DNA of 64,000 nucleotides from a virus (Duplodnaviria > Caudoviricetes): positions 20,783 to 84,782 of the IMG/VR virus record IMGVR_UViG_3300005934_000002. One strand, given 5' to 3'. Shown here piece by piece: positions 31,023 to 40,885 of the stretch. Under the pieces are notes generated by a model. That model was not told the DNA's origin, made no database searches, and saw nothing but the letters and a program-made list of their open reading frames with translations. The position numbers and the translations under genes are program-made. How positions within the stretch are numbered: position 1 is the stretch's first letter; the number at the start of each line of letters is the position of its first letter.

Positions 31023-31618
31023 AAATTGAATTAGAAGATATAATGTTTTGGATGGACGCTATTCGCAACAGCAATGATCGTGATCGTACACTTGAAAGTT
31101 TTTGGAAGGGACAGTTACGTAGTAAACAAGCCTTGGTAAAAATGTTAGAATATAAATGCGATTATAAAAAAGAATATTCTATTGTGGTTCACGGTGGTTG
31201 GAATGGTGTATTAGCAAGTTTACTTTTTAACAGTCATCTTAACATTAAGCGTATTGAATCTGTAGATATAGATCCTAACTGCGAAGAGACAGCAAAGACT
31301 ATGAATAAAAATCAAGAAATGGAGGGTAGATTTACTGCAAGAACCGCCGATATGTGTACAGATAAGTATAATGCAGATATTGTGATCAACACAAGTTGTG
31401 AACATTTAGATAACGTCAAATTAAAACAATGGTTTGATAACATACCTCAAGGTACTATGTATGTTATGCAAAGCAATAACTATGCAGAACTTGAAGAACA
31501 CATTAACTGTGTAAACAGTGCAACCGAATTGGCTGAATCTGTTGATGCTAAAGATTACAGCGTAGAGGAGATTGTATTACCAAAGTATACAAGGTATATG
31601 ATTAGTGGAATAAAATGA
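31019..31618 (+). CDS. Class I SAM-dependent methyltransferase-like protein
   Basis: VVHGGWNG (motif I variant), SVDIDP, TADM, VINTSCEH. Confidence 0.7.
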   Translation: MKIELEDIMFWMDAIRNSNDRDRTLESFWKGQLRSKQALVKMLEYKCDYKKEYSIVVHGGWNGVLASLLFNSHLNIKRIESVDIDPNCEETAKTMNKNQEMEGRFTARTADMCTDKYNADIVINTSCEHLDNVKLKQWFDNIPQGTMYVMQSNNYAELEEHINCVNSATELAESVDAKDYSVEEIVLPKYTRYMISGIK

Positions 31619-32235
31619 ATTACGAAACAATAACACAATACGGAAGTTTTATAGAGTTAGACGTAGTTACTGATGCAGAGCAATTAGTTGCTTGGTCAAA
31701 TGATTTTAAATGGGTAAAATATAATCCACGTAAAGATGTTAATAGATGGGGATTAAGTATTACAAGTCTTGATGGAGGATTAACAGGAGTACCAGACTTA
31801 GATAGTTTATACGAATATAATCAAGAGAACGGAACTTCTTATAAAGAACAAGATTTTAAAACTCCTACACCAGTTCTCAATAAACAGATTCACGATATAC
31901 TAAAACCTTGGGATGGTTATTATTATAGAACACATTTCTTAAAATTTGGACCAGGTGGATTTTTCCCTCCACATAGAGATTGGAATTACCATACAGGCAC
32001 ACCTGATAATTTTAGATTAATAATGCCTTTAAGGAATGTTAATCCTCCTTCGTTTAACTTTGTATATGAAGATAAAACTTTGCATTGGGAAACAGGAAGA
32101 ATGTATTTCTTAGATACTCAACGTATGCACTATCTATTTAATAGCAGTTTTACCGACAGTTATTGGATGGTAGTTAATGTTCATTTGAATACAGAAACCA
32201 TAATGAAAACATTAGAGAGGTTAAATCAGAAGTAA
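31615..32235 (+). CDS. Fe(II)/2OG oxygenase, AspH-like
   Basis: FFPPHRD...YFLDTQRMHYLFN. Confidence 0.7.
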   Translation: MNYETITQYGSFIELDVVTDAEQLVAWSNDFKWVKYNPRKDVNRWGLSITSLDGGLTGVPDLDSLYEYNQENGTSYKEQDFKTPTPVLNKQIHDILKPWDGYYYRTHFLKFGPGGFFPPHRDWNYHTGTPDNFRLIMPLRNVNPPSFNFVYEDKTLHWETGRMYFLDTQRMHYLFNSSFTDSYWMVVNVHLNTETIMKTLERLNQK

Positions 32236-33233
32236 TGTATAGTTATGGAGATATCACTTCAATACATTTAGAAGTAACTTCTAAGTGTCAAGCACGATGT
32301 CCAATGTGTCCTCGTAGAATTCACGGAGGTCCATTATTAGATAGTTTTGATTTAGAAGAAATAGACTTAGGAACTTTTGTTAATTGGTTTCCGAGAGACT
32401 TTGTACGTCAATTAAAATTTCTTAATATGTGTGGTAACTTAGGAGATCCTATTGTTGCAAAAGATACATTAGAAATTTTCAAATACTTACGCGAAACAAA
32501 TTCTGAAATGACTTTACAAATGCACACAAATGGTAGTGGCAGATCAGAAGCATGGTGGAAAGAACTTGCCCAATTAAAAATTAAAGTAGTATTTGGTATA
32601 GACGGTTTAGAAGACACTCATGCACTGTATAGAATATCTACAGATTGGTCACGTATTATAAAAAATGCAAAAACCTATATTGAAGCAGGTGGCGATGCAC
32701 GTTGGGATATGCTTGTATTTGAACACAACGAAGATCAGGTAGATGCTTGTGAACAAATGAGTAAAGACTTAGGATTTAAAGGTTTTAGCATTAAACATAC
32801 AACAAGATTTAAAGACGGTAAGTTTGATGTGTTAGATGACGATTATAATATAACTCATACATTATATCCATCTAAGAAAAGTTTAGAAATGATTGAACCT
32901 GCTAAACAAGCACAAAGTGAAATACTGCCCACAATTAGTTGCAAAGCAAAAAATGATAGTCAAATGTATATAAGTGCTAACGGTAATGTAAGTCCGTGCT
33001 GTTGGTTAGATAACGAATGGCATCCGCAACATAGTCCAAGTAGATTGGATTATAAAGTTAAAATAAAAGAATATCCTAATTTGCATAAGAATACTATACA
33101 AGAAATATTTGATTCAAACTTCTTTAACAAGATAGAAAAAACATGGACTACTTGTGGTATGCTTGAATGTTCTAAACAGTGTGGAAGTTTTGACAAATTA
33201 AACAAACAGTTTGAAAGGATAGAGCATGAGTAA
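32235..33233 (+). CDS. Radical SAM enzyme 3, C-terminal SPASM/twitch motif
   Basis: CQARCPMC; GNLGDP; ISC...GNVSPCCW...CSKQC. Confidence 0.9.
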   Translation: MYSYGDITSIHLEVTSKCQARCPMCPRRIHGGPLLDSFDLEEIDLGTFVNWFPRDFVRQLKFLNMCGNLGDPIVAKDTLEIFKYLRETNSEMTLQMHTNGSGRSEAWWKELAQLKIKVVFGIDGLEDTHALYRISTDWSRIIKNAKTYIEAGGDARWDMLVFEHNEDQVDACEQMSKDLGFKGFSIKHTTRFKDGKFDVLDDDYNITHTLYPSKKSLEMIEPAKQAQSEILPTISCKAKNDSQMYISANGNVSPCCWLDNEWHPQHSPSRLDYKVKIKEYPNLHKNTIQEIFDSNFFNKIEKTWTTCGMLECSKQCGSFDKLNKQFERIEHE

Positions 33234-34527
33234 AACGTTCTGTCCATTACCTTGGATACATTTAGCAACCAGACCAAATGGTGATGTACGTGTTTGTTGT
33301 ACAGCAAATGCTTCTGGTGCAGGTAAAGAAGATGACAAAACAGCAGGACTTGTAAAGCAAGATGGTGTTGCTATGAATTTACGTGACCATACTATTGAAG
33401 AAGTATGGAACAGTGAACATATGCGTAGAACAAGACTGCAAATGTTAAATGATGAAATACCTGAAAGTTGTCGCAAGTGTTTTTATGAAGAATCAAAAGG
33501 TATTGTTAGTAAACGTCAATGGGAAACAGAAGTATGGAAAGAGCGTTTAGACATTGATAGTATTGTTGCAAAAACAGATGACCAAGGAAACATACCTGTT
33601 GACATTCCTTACTTTGACTTACGTTTGGGCAATGTGTGTAACCTAAAATGTGTAATGTGTTCGCCTCATGATAGTTCAAGTTGGATTAAAGAGTGGAAAC
33701 TTTTGTATCCTAAGTATACAAACAAAGAATTAAAGCGTGACCAAAGTTGGGACGAAAACTTTGATTATACTTGGTATAAGAAAGGTAGTTTCTTAGAGTC
33801 AATGAAGGATCAAGCACAGTATATTAAAGAGTTATATTTTGCAGGTGGCGAGCCTTTAATGATTCCTGAACATTATAATATTTTACAGTTTATGGTAGAT
33901 GAAGGATATGCAAAAGATTGTTGTCTACGTTACAATTCAAATGGCACAGAATTAAATGAAAAACTATTTGTGTTATGGGCATCATTTAAAGAAGTTACTT
34001 TTAATTTTAGTATTGATGCTTATGGCGAAAAAAATGATTACATTAGATATCCAAGTCAGTGGAATATTATTGAAAAGAATTTACAAATATTAGATAGTTG
34101 TGGATCTAATATTAGAATTAACATTGCCTCAGCAGTACAATTACTTAATGTATCATACATAGATGAATTAGCAGAATGGAAAGCAAGTCAACAGTTTAGT
34201 AAAATTAATCTAATGCCGTTTGGCGGCGGACTTATCAGTACACACCTTGTTTATTTTCCAAGTTACTTAAATGTTAGAGTATTACCGCAAGAACTTAAAT
34301 TGTTTACAAAACAAAAACTTGAAACATTTATAGATAGACAAAAATTTAACAATGATTGGAATAATAGTCCTATGGGCAAACGTAGATGGTTAGGTCTTGT
34401 AGATTATATGATGGCAGAAGATTGGTCAGACAAATTGCCTCAAACAATAGATTATTTAGAAACTATAGATAAATCCAGAGGAACTGATTTTAGAAAAACG
34501 TTTCCAGAGTTAGGAGAGTGTATCTAA
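33226..34527 (+). CDS. Radical SAM enzyme 4, N-terminal twitch-like motif
   Basis: FCPLPW...NGDVRVCC...SCRKC, then CNLKCVMC; AGGEPL. Confidence 0.9.
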   Translation: MSKTFCPLPWIHLATRPNGDVRVCCTANASGAGKEDDKTAGLVKQDGVAMNLRDHTIEEVWNSEHMRRTRLQMLNDEIPESCRKCFYEESKGIVSKRQWETEVWKERLDIDSIVAKTDDQGNIPVDIPYFDLRLGNVCNLKCVMCSPHDSSSWIKEWKLLYPKYTNKELKRDQSWDENFDYTWYKKGSFLESMKDQAQYIKELYFAGGEPLMIPEHYNILQFMVDEGYAKDCCLRYNSNGTELNEKLFVLWASFKEVTFNFSIDAYGEKNDYIRYPSQWNIIEKNLQILDSCGSNIRINIASAVQLLNVSYIDELAEWKASQQFSKINLMPFGGGLISTHLVYFPSYLNVRVLPQELKLFTKQKLETFIDRQKFNNDWNNSPMGKRRWLGLVDYMMAEDWSDKLPQTIDYLETIDKSRGTDFRKTFPELGECI

Positions 34528-35642
34528 TGTTGTATAAAGGATTAATACCAGGTCAACAGCAAACCCCTGAAGTAGATACTAAACATTGGAAGTTTGGCAT
34601 TTATCGTAACGGTGTAAAGATTGTAGATCCAATGTTACATTATACAGCATATCCGTTAGCATATGATGATCATGGTATTATTGACAAAGTTTGTAACAGA
34701 TTAAAAGAACACAAACCCGAAACTGCTGATAATTTATTTAAAAGTTTTGAACCTACACTTAATAGTCCTCATTTAGAACTTACAGACAAATTATTTAAAA
34801 TGAGTAACGGATATAGATCTGTTTTTACATTGTCAGGTAGTGACGGTGTTGAAGTTGCAATAAAACTTGCATTTGCCTATCATGAGAAAAAGGGTAACAA
34901 TCGTAAAAAAATAGTTGGGTTTGATGATGCTTATCATGGTGCTACTTTACTTTCTTTATCTTGCGGAAGTGTAGGTTTAGAAAAAGGGTTTCATAATATG
35001 AATCCTTATCAAGATGTTATTAAAATATCTCCTGATATGCATGAAGAAGTAGACTGGAATAGTGTTGCTTGTATTATAGTAGAAACCTGTCCGCATTATC
35101 AAACTATAGAAACATATAGTAATGAAGTATGGAGCAAAATTAAACAGATTCAAGAAGAACATGATGTTGTTGTAATTGTAGATGACATATTCATGGGCGG
35201 TGGAAAGACAGGAAACTTTTTTGGATTTAGTAAGTTACCAGTTAATCCAGATATCTTTGTAATGGGAAAATCTATAACAGGTGGATTTTTTCCTTTAAGT
35301 GTTACTTTGTACAATGAAAAAATAAATGAACAGTTGTATAATAGTCTTTGGGTACATGGGCATACATATAGTTTTTGTTTATCAGGTGTATTAAGTATGC
35401 TTGAATATATGAAAGTTCTTGAAGAAAACAAATACATGGATAACGTTTATACTATAGTAACAACAGCAAAAGATTATTTTAGAGATGCAGGGTTTGAAAT
35501 AGTTGGCAACTATGGTACAGTATTTTTACTCGGTAAGAATACATTTAAATTTAGATTTGTTTTGCCTTTAAATGCAGATAACGAATATTTTAAAGCATTA
35601 CCTGAAACATTAAAACAATTGGATGAACGATGGAAAGAATAG
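34518..35642 (+). CDS. Class III PLP aminotransferase
   Basis: LSGSDGVEVAIKLA, AYHGATL, IVDDIFMGGGKTG, DIFVMGKSITGG (PLP Lys), HGHTY; GTG start. Confidence 0.85.
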   Translation: MYLMLYKGLIPGQQQTPEVDTKHWKFGIYRNGVKIVDPMLHYTAYPLAYDDHGIIDKVCNRLKEHKPETADNLFKSFEPTLNSPHLELTDKLFKMSNGYRSVFTLSGSDGVEVAIKLAFAYHEKKGNNRKKIVGFDDAYHGATLLSLSCGSVGLEKGFHNMNPYQDVIKISPDMHEEVDWNSVACIIVETCPHYQTIETYSNEVWSKIKQIQEEHDVVVIVDDIFMGGGKTGNFFGFSKLPVNPDIFVMGKSITGGFFPLSVTLYNEKINEQLYNSLWVHGHTYSFCLSGVLSMLEYMKVLEENKYMDNVYTIVTTAKDYFRDAGFEIVGNYGTVFLLGKNTFKFRFVLPLNADNEYFKALPETLKQLDERWKE

Positions 35643-36160
35643 CAATTACAGGACACCTATCTGGACTTGGCAAAGAGTTGTACAATAGAATACCTAATAG
35701 TATCGGATTTGATTTAGGAAGTCATCATGATATTGCTAATCCAGACACATGGATTAGTACAGCATTAAATTGTGATGTTTTTATTAATAATGCGTATTGT
35801 GGTTTTCATCAAGTTAATTTATTAGAAAAATTTTTTAAAGAATGGCAATTTACAAATAAGACAATTATTAATATAGGAAGTTGTGCGTCAGATATTTCAA
35901 AGATGGATTATCTTAAAGAAATTGATTTTTATCCTATTCATAAAAAAGCCTTAGATGATGCTTGTACAAGATTGCAACACGTAAAGAAAACTTGTAGAAT
36001 AGTAAATGTTAAGATAGGTTGGATGGATACTCCATTAGTTAAAGACGTAGATGTAGAAAAAATTTCTGTTGATAAAGTTGCAGATGTTATTTTAGATTGT
36101 TTAACAAATAAAAATATTTCTAATGTTACTGTAGGAGGCGATTACGTATGGAACCAATAA
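35630..36160 (+). CDS. Short SDR-like NAD(P)-binding oxidoreductase
   Basis: AITGHLSGLG, FINNA, INIGS, YxxxK (YPIHK). Confidence 0.75.
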   Translation: MERIAITGHLSGLGKELYNRIPNSIGFDLGSHHDIANPDTWISTALNCDVFINNAYCGFHQVNLLEKFFKEWQFTNKTIINIGSCASDISKMDYLKEIDFYPIHKKALDDACTRLQHVKKTCRIVNVKIGWMDTPLVKDVDVEKISVDKVADVILDCLTNKNISNVTVGGDYVWNQ

Positions 36161-36861
36161 AACGTATTCAAGTATTACAGCCACCTGAAAATGGTTTAGC
36201 CACTGCATATAATGATGTATGGTTTAACATATATCCAGGACCGCTTGGTTTAATGTGTAGTGGAGGCACAGATAGTTCCTTAATGTTATATCTAACGTTA
36301 TTACATAGTGACGATCCTATCCACGTTTTTACTCTTGCTAATAATCCGTTAGAACTAAAAAATATAACTGCTGTAACTGCTGTATTAAACAAGTGTGTAA
36401 AGTTAACAAATAAACATAATGTAATACATCACGTAGTACACATGGAAGGTAATAAACCAAATGGTGCAACAGTGTTAGGAGATATGATTAAACAAGTCGG
36501 AGTTGATATTAATGTTGCACAAATTGGAGTAACAGCAAATCCGCCTAAAGATATTTTAGAAAAAATGAATAATGATTATTCGCCAAGAGATAAGTCAAGA
36601 GATTTTCCTGATCCTAATCTTGAATTAATTGATGCTACAGCACAAGGATATCCTTGGTTGTATACTCCTTGGAGAATACATAACAAACAAACTATTGCAA
36701 AAATTTATAAAAAACTAAATGTATTAGAGGAACTATTTCCATTAACTTTTAGTTGTGAATATTATCCATCAAATTATGAAAGGCCAGATCCAGGTATGGA
36801 ACACTGTGGCGAATGTTGGTGGTGTGAGGAAAGACAATGGGGATTTGGCCGACTAAAATAG
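36148..36861 (+). CDS. QueC-like PP-loop ATPase with C-terminal Zn motif
   Basis: CSGGTDS PP-loop; TFSC...CGECWWCEER matches the QueC TxSC...CGxCxxCxxR pattern. Confidence 0.7.
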   Translation: MEPIKRIQVLQPPENGLATAYNDVWFNIYPGPLGLMCSGGTDSSLMLYLTLLHSDDPIHVFTLANNPLELKNITAVTAVLNKCVKLTNKHNVIHHVVHMEGNKPNGATVLGDMIKQVGVDINVAQIGVTANPPKDILEKMNNDYSPRDKSRDFPDPNLELIDATAQGYPWLYTPWRIHNKQTIAKIYKKLNVLEELFPLTFSCEYYPSNYERPDPGMEHCGECWWCEERQWGFGRLK

Positions 36862-37373
36862 TAGACAGTTTTGTTGAACGTTTTGCAGATGTTGAAAAAA
36901 CATATAATCAACTTATGGAAAAAACTGAACAGTTTCCAGATGGAAAAATTTATAATGGTGATTGGTTACATATTCCTTTAAAGGCTACTTATGAAAAAGA
37001 TGGAGAAATTTTAAGACCATTAGCCTTTGATACACCTATTAATGATTTATTAAGGCAACCTATGGTTGTTAGTGCTATATTCTCAATATTAAAACCTGGT
37101 GTTGAAATTACTCCTCATAAAGGTCATAGAGGATTTGCTGAAAAAATTTACAAAGCACATATTTGTATTCACGAAGCAAAAGATAGTGCATTAATTGTAG
37201 GTGATAAAAAGTACGAATGGAAAAGAGGTCAAGGTTTTTTATTTGATGATACTATTGAACACACAGCATACAATAGAGGAACAGATACAAGAGTAGTATT
37301 ATTAATGGACATTGCAAGAGATCCAGATGATATTCCAGCGTATAGCGAAAATATGGTTGAAGCATACTTATGA
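36837..37373 (+). CDS. Aspartyl/asparaginyl beta-hydroxylase family oxygenase
   Basis: FSILKPG..ITPHKG...FDDTIEHTAYN...RVVLLMDI. Confidence 0.85.
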   Translation: MGIWPTKIVDSFVERFADVEKTYNQLMEKTEQFPDGKIYNGDWLHIPLKATYEKDGEILRPLAFDTPINDLLRQPMVVSAIFSILKPGVEITPHKGHRGFAEKIYKAHICIHEAKDSALIVGDKKYEWKRGQGFLFDDTIEHTAYNRGTDTRVVLLMDIARDPDDIPAYSENMVEAYL

Positions 37374-38269
37374 AATTAGAATATAAAAATAATCATATGA
37401 AAGATTGGTTCCTTGTTAGTTGGACATTATCTAACAAGTGTAACTATCGCTGTGAGTATTGTCCAGACATATTACATAATGGTAGTACAGGACAGCCTCG
37501 TTGGGAAACTGTAAAACACTTTGTTGAAAATTTTAATGTAGACAAAACTATTTGTTATAGATTAAGCGGTGGCGAACCTACGTATTGGAAGCACTTTATT
37601 GATCTTGCTAAACTTGTAAAAAAACAAGGACACTATTTTAGTTTTGTAACTAATGGAAGTCAGCGTGTAAAATACTATAAAGAAATAAGCAAGTACACAG
37701 ACGGATTTATGATTTCGTATCATCCTCAGTATGCAGATGTAGAACACTTTATTGATATTGCAAATGAAGTTGATTGTCCTGTTGCAGTTAATTTAATGCT
37801 TGTACCAGATAAGTTTGACGATATGTGTACAGTAGCAGAGCGTTTATACAACGGTAGTGTAAACTTAACTGTAGAGCCTAAGGTTGTTGTAGATAAAACA
37901 AGTACAGATTTTGTAACTAACGAAGTGTCAACATATACACAAGAACAAAAAAACATAATTGCTAATTGGAAATATCATCGTACACTTAATTTTGATAATT
38001 TGCACAGAGGTAGTATGCTTATGGATAATGTAGAGTATGAAGGACATGAAATTATACTTCAAGGAAAAAATAAATTTAGTGGTTGGAAATGTTGGGCAGG
38101 TATAGATGGTGTAAACATTGATATGTGGGGAAACTTGTATAGAGCAGATTGTCAGTACGGAGGTGCAATAGGTAATCTTGAAAGATACAAATTACCAGAA
38201 AAAGAATTAGTGTGTGGTAAAAGTATTTGTAGTTGCCTAAGTGATATATACATACGGAAAGAACAATGA
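37370..38269 (+). CDS. Radical SAM enzyme 5, C-terminal twitch-like motif
   Basis: CNYRCEYC; SGGEPT; WKCWAG...DC...CGKSICSC; paralog of 30060. Confidence 0.9.
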   Translation: MKLEYKNNHMKDWFLVSWTLSNKCNYRCEYCPDILHNGSTGQPRWETVKHFVENFNVDKTICYRLSGGEPTYWKHFIDLAKLVKKQGHYFSFVTNGSQRVKYYKEISKYTDGFMISYHPQYADVEHFIDIANEVDCPVAVNLMLVPDKFDDMCTVAERLYNGSVNLTVEPKVVVDKTSTDFVTNEVSTYTQEQKNIIANWKYHRTLNFDNLHRGSMLMDNVEYEGHEIILQGKNKFSGWKCWAGIDGVNIDMWGNLYRADCQYGGAIGNLERYKLPEKELVCGKSICSCLSDIYIRKEQ

Positions 38270-38808
38270 GAATACTTGTAACAGGAAATCCAAATTATCA
38301 AGGCTTATGTAAGGGAATATACGAAGCGTATAATCATAACTTTGTAGAATTTATAGGACGCTGGAACGGCTGGGATTTAACTGATTATGATAAGGTAGCC
38401 GATTATGCTAAAGGGTATGAAGTCTTTGTAAACAGTCAATACGGACCTAATGGCGAACAAGTTGAATTGTTTAATGCTGTATATGATAAGTTTGAAGAAG
38501 GACATATTATTAATATTAGCAGTACCAGTGCATACTGGAATAACGGACCAGAAGATTATCTTAAAAATAAAAAACAATTAGATTTTATAAGCAAAGAAAA
38601 ATCTCAAATTGCTTGTTGGGGAAATACACCTATTAGAGTAAGCAATATTGCTTTCGGTCAGTTGAAATCGAAAACACAAGAACAACGAGATAGTAAAAAT
38701 AAAATTAGTTTAGAAGAAGCAGGTAAACTTGTTAAGTGGGTAATTGATAGTCCTTGGACTATGAATTTACATTATCTTGCTGTTGATCCGATACAAAGAG
38801 ATCAGTAA
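38266..38808 (+). CDS. Short SDR-like NAD(P)-binding oxidoreductase
   Basis: LVTGNP..QGL, FVNS, INISS, YxxxK (YLKNK); paralog of 35630. Confidence 0.7.
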   Translation: MRILVTGNPNYQGLCKGIYEAYNHNFVEFIGRWNGWDLTDYDKVADYAKGYEVFVNSQYGPNGEQVELFNAVYDKFEEGHIINISSTSAYWNNGPEDYLKNKKQLDFISKEKSQIACWGNTPIRVSNIAFGQLKSKTQEQRDSKNKISLEEAGKLVKWVIDSPWTMNLHYLAVDPIQRDQ

Positions 38809-39913
38809 GTTCTGGACAATAATCAAGAACAGTAGTATCACGTAGTTTATCTAAATCCTTAGTAAAGTTAATAAACTTATCAATATGTTTTCCTAAGAAT
38901 TCATCTTGTGTATAATTTACATTAGGTAATTTGTAGTCAATGTTTTGTAATATTTCATTAGGTAATATTCTTGGATTTAAATATGCCGGCTGTGCTACAA
39001 CGTTATTAAAATAAATGCTCCAATGATCTTGTTTTACTTTGTCATACCAACTTTGTATTTTACCTAAGTGTGCAATGTTATATGCCATAACAGTAACAGC
39101 AATAATAACCCTGTCAAAATTATAGTGTTTTAAATTTTCATTTAGTTGTGCAAACGTAAAGTTCTTGCCGCCTCTAATGTATTCATACAATCCGTCTGTA
39201 CCTTCTACGCTGACAGTCCATTTAGTATGCCCATATTGTTTTGCAAGTTCGTGAACTTCTTCGTCAACAATAGTACCATTAGTAGTCCAATCAAGCGTAA
39301 CGTTCTTAGCAATGCCTAAGTCAATAAACTTTTTAAGGATAATTTTGTTTGCAGGTTCCATATAAGGTTCACCGCCTTTAATGCTTAGGTAACGCAAATT
39401 CATAAAAGGTGTAGGATCTTCAAATAGTCTTTCTATAATCTGTTCGCTCTTGTTAGTGTAACCAAATTCTGGATTATCAATTCTTCTAAAATATGGGTTA
39501 CCGTTTTCTGCAAGTTTAAGATCGTCCTTTACCCAAGCACTTGAATTGATACCATCGCACATACGGCATTTCAAATTACATATATTGCTCATATTGAATT
39601 CCAAAAACATAATATCGTGGAAGTTTTTGGTATAGTCGTAATTGGTTCCTTCAAGCATTGGATTCAAAATATCACGGAAGAATAAGCGTCTACTATGACC
39701 TACTGCGGCTTCTTTTAAGCGGCATTGTTCGCACTCGGGTGGCAACTGACCCATACGCATAGAATCCTTTGTGTATGACGCTGTAATGCTGTTTAAGACG
39801 GTGTTTAAAGACGATTTAAGCACGTTGCCATAGCGTTTAGTGTATACTCCGTCGGGTACAATATCGCCATTAAAGCGTACCAAAATACTATGCCAAGGTG
39901 CGTAACATTTCAT
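38759..39913 (-). CDS. Radical SAM enzyme 6, degenerate N-terminal twitch-like motif
   Basis: KCYAPW...NGDIVPDG...ECEQC; CNLKCRMC; KGGEPY. Confidence 0.9.
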   Translation of the reverse strand: MKCYAPWHSILVRFNGDIVPDGVYTKRYGNVLKSSLNTVLNSITASYTKDSMRMGQLPPECEQCRLKEAAVGHSRRLFFRDILNPMLEGTNYDYTKNFHDIMFLEFNMSNICNLKCRMCDGINSSAWVKDDLKLAENGNPYFRRIDNPEFGYTNKSEQIIERLFEDPTPFMNLRYLSIKGGEPYMEPANKIILKKFIDLGIAKNVTLDWTTNGTIVDEEVHELAKQYGHTKWTVSVEGTDGLYEYIRGGKNFTFAQLNENLKHYNFDRVIIAVTVMAYNIAHLGKIQSWYDKVKQDHWSIYFNNVVAQPAYLNPRILPNEILQNIDYKLPNVNYTQDEFLGKHIDKFINFTKDLDKLRDTTVLDYCPELTDLFVSDQQQDNVNS

Positions 39914-40449
39914 TATAAATTCTCTACTATTTTGGAAAATGGTTCTGTAAATCCACCAATTTGAAAATGGAGTCTTTCTTCCTGATTATCAATTGCTCCG
40001 TGCTTAGTTCCTGTATCAATAAGTGTTGGTCCTTCGTACAAATGCGTATCTAAAATATTATCATTATTATCGTACCAAACTACAGGAGTATCTACTCCTC
40101 TTAACGGAATAGTAAATGCGGCACTTCTTTTATCAACGTGTGGTGACAATGCTCCTTCAATAATAAAATATTGAGCACAGTTATAAATGTCATCAAGATC
40201 TCTATTAAAGATTACAGATAGGTCTTTAAAAATTTTCCATTCTTTAAAACTTTCAGGAATATTTTTAAAGTAAAGACTTTTTGTGCTGTAAGACTTAACA
40301 TGATTTTGTTCAGCAATAGTAGAATATTTAATGTAATTTCCTTTTGTATCTGTAAACCCATCTTTTGCTAAATGCATATATTTGTTAGCAACATCTAATA
40401 ATTGCTGTTTATCATAATCGATACTAATTTTGTGATAGTACTTCATCAA
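39913..40449 (-). CDS. Putative Fe(II)/2OG oxygenase (HxD...H)
   Basis: LSPHVD...TKHG...ERLHFQI. Confidence 0.6.
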   Translation of the reverse strand: MMKYYHKISIDYDKQQLLDVANKYMHLAKDGFTDTKGNYIKYSTIAEQNHVKSYSTKSLYFKNIPESFKEWKIFKDLSVIFNRDLDDIYNCAQYFIIEGALSPHVDKRSAAFTIPLRGVDTPVVWYDNNDNILDTHLYEGPTLIDTGTKHGAIDNQEERLHFQIGGFTEPFSKIVENL

Positions 40450-40885
40450 ACTTTTCTCCGAACGCAGATCTAAGATCGCTGTGTAGTTTATCTAACACAA
40501 CAGTAGGTTGATACACACTTACATTATCCCAGTCTACCATTTCTATATTATCGCCATCTATAATAATATTACTCAAAACCCAGTCGCCGTGTGCATAAGG
40601 TTGCGTTTCTTCAATGTTTTTTAAACAATAATTATAAATCTTAATTATAAACTCTGAAGTATGTTCAAACTTACTTGCAGGTACTCCGGGAACTTCTTTT
40701 AACTCTACAAACATTTTACCATTAGCACAACCACTGTTTAAAATATATCCAGGACGTAGTTCTTCCATAATATCAATATGTTCGTCATAATACTCTTTAT
40801 TTTCAAATGACCATTCTTTTCTGTAAAAGCCATTTCCTTTATAAACTTTTCTTTGCTTTTCGATGTTTTCTTTAATTAATTCCAT
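40424..40885 (-). CDS. Minimal protein-kinase-like phosphotransferase (APH / choline-kinase-like, 153 aa)
   Basis: HGDWVLSNII (catalytic loop HGD-x4-N) and VDWD (Mg-binding loop). Confidence 0.7.
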   Translation of the reverse strand: MELIKENIEKQRKVYKGNGFYRKEWSFENKEYYDEHIDIMEELRPGYILNSGCANGKMFVELKEVPGVPASKFEHTSEFIIKIYNYCLKNIEETQPYAHGDWVLSNIIIDGDNIEMVDWDNVSVYQPTVVLDKLHSDLRSAFGEKFDEVLSQN

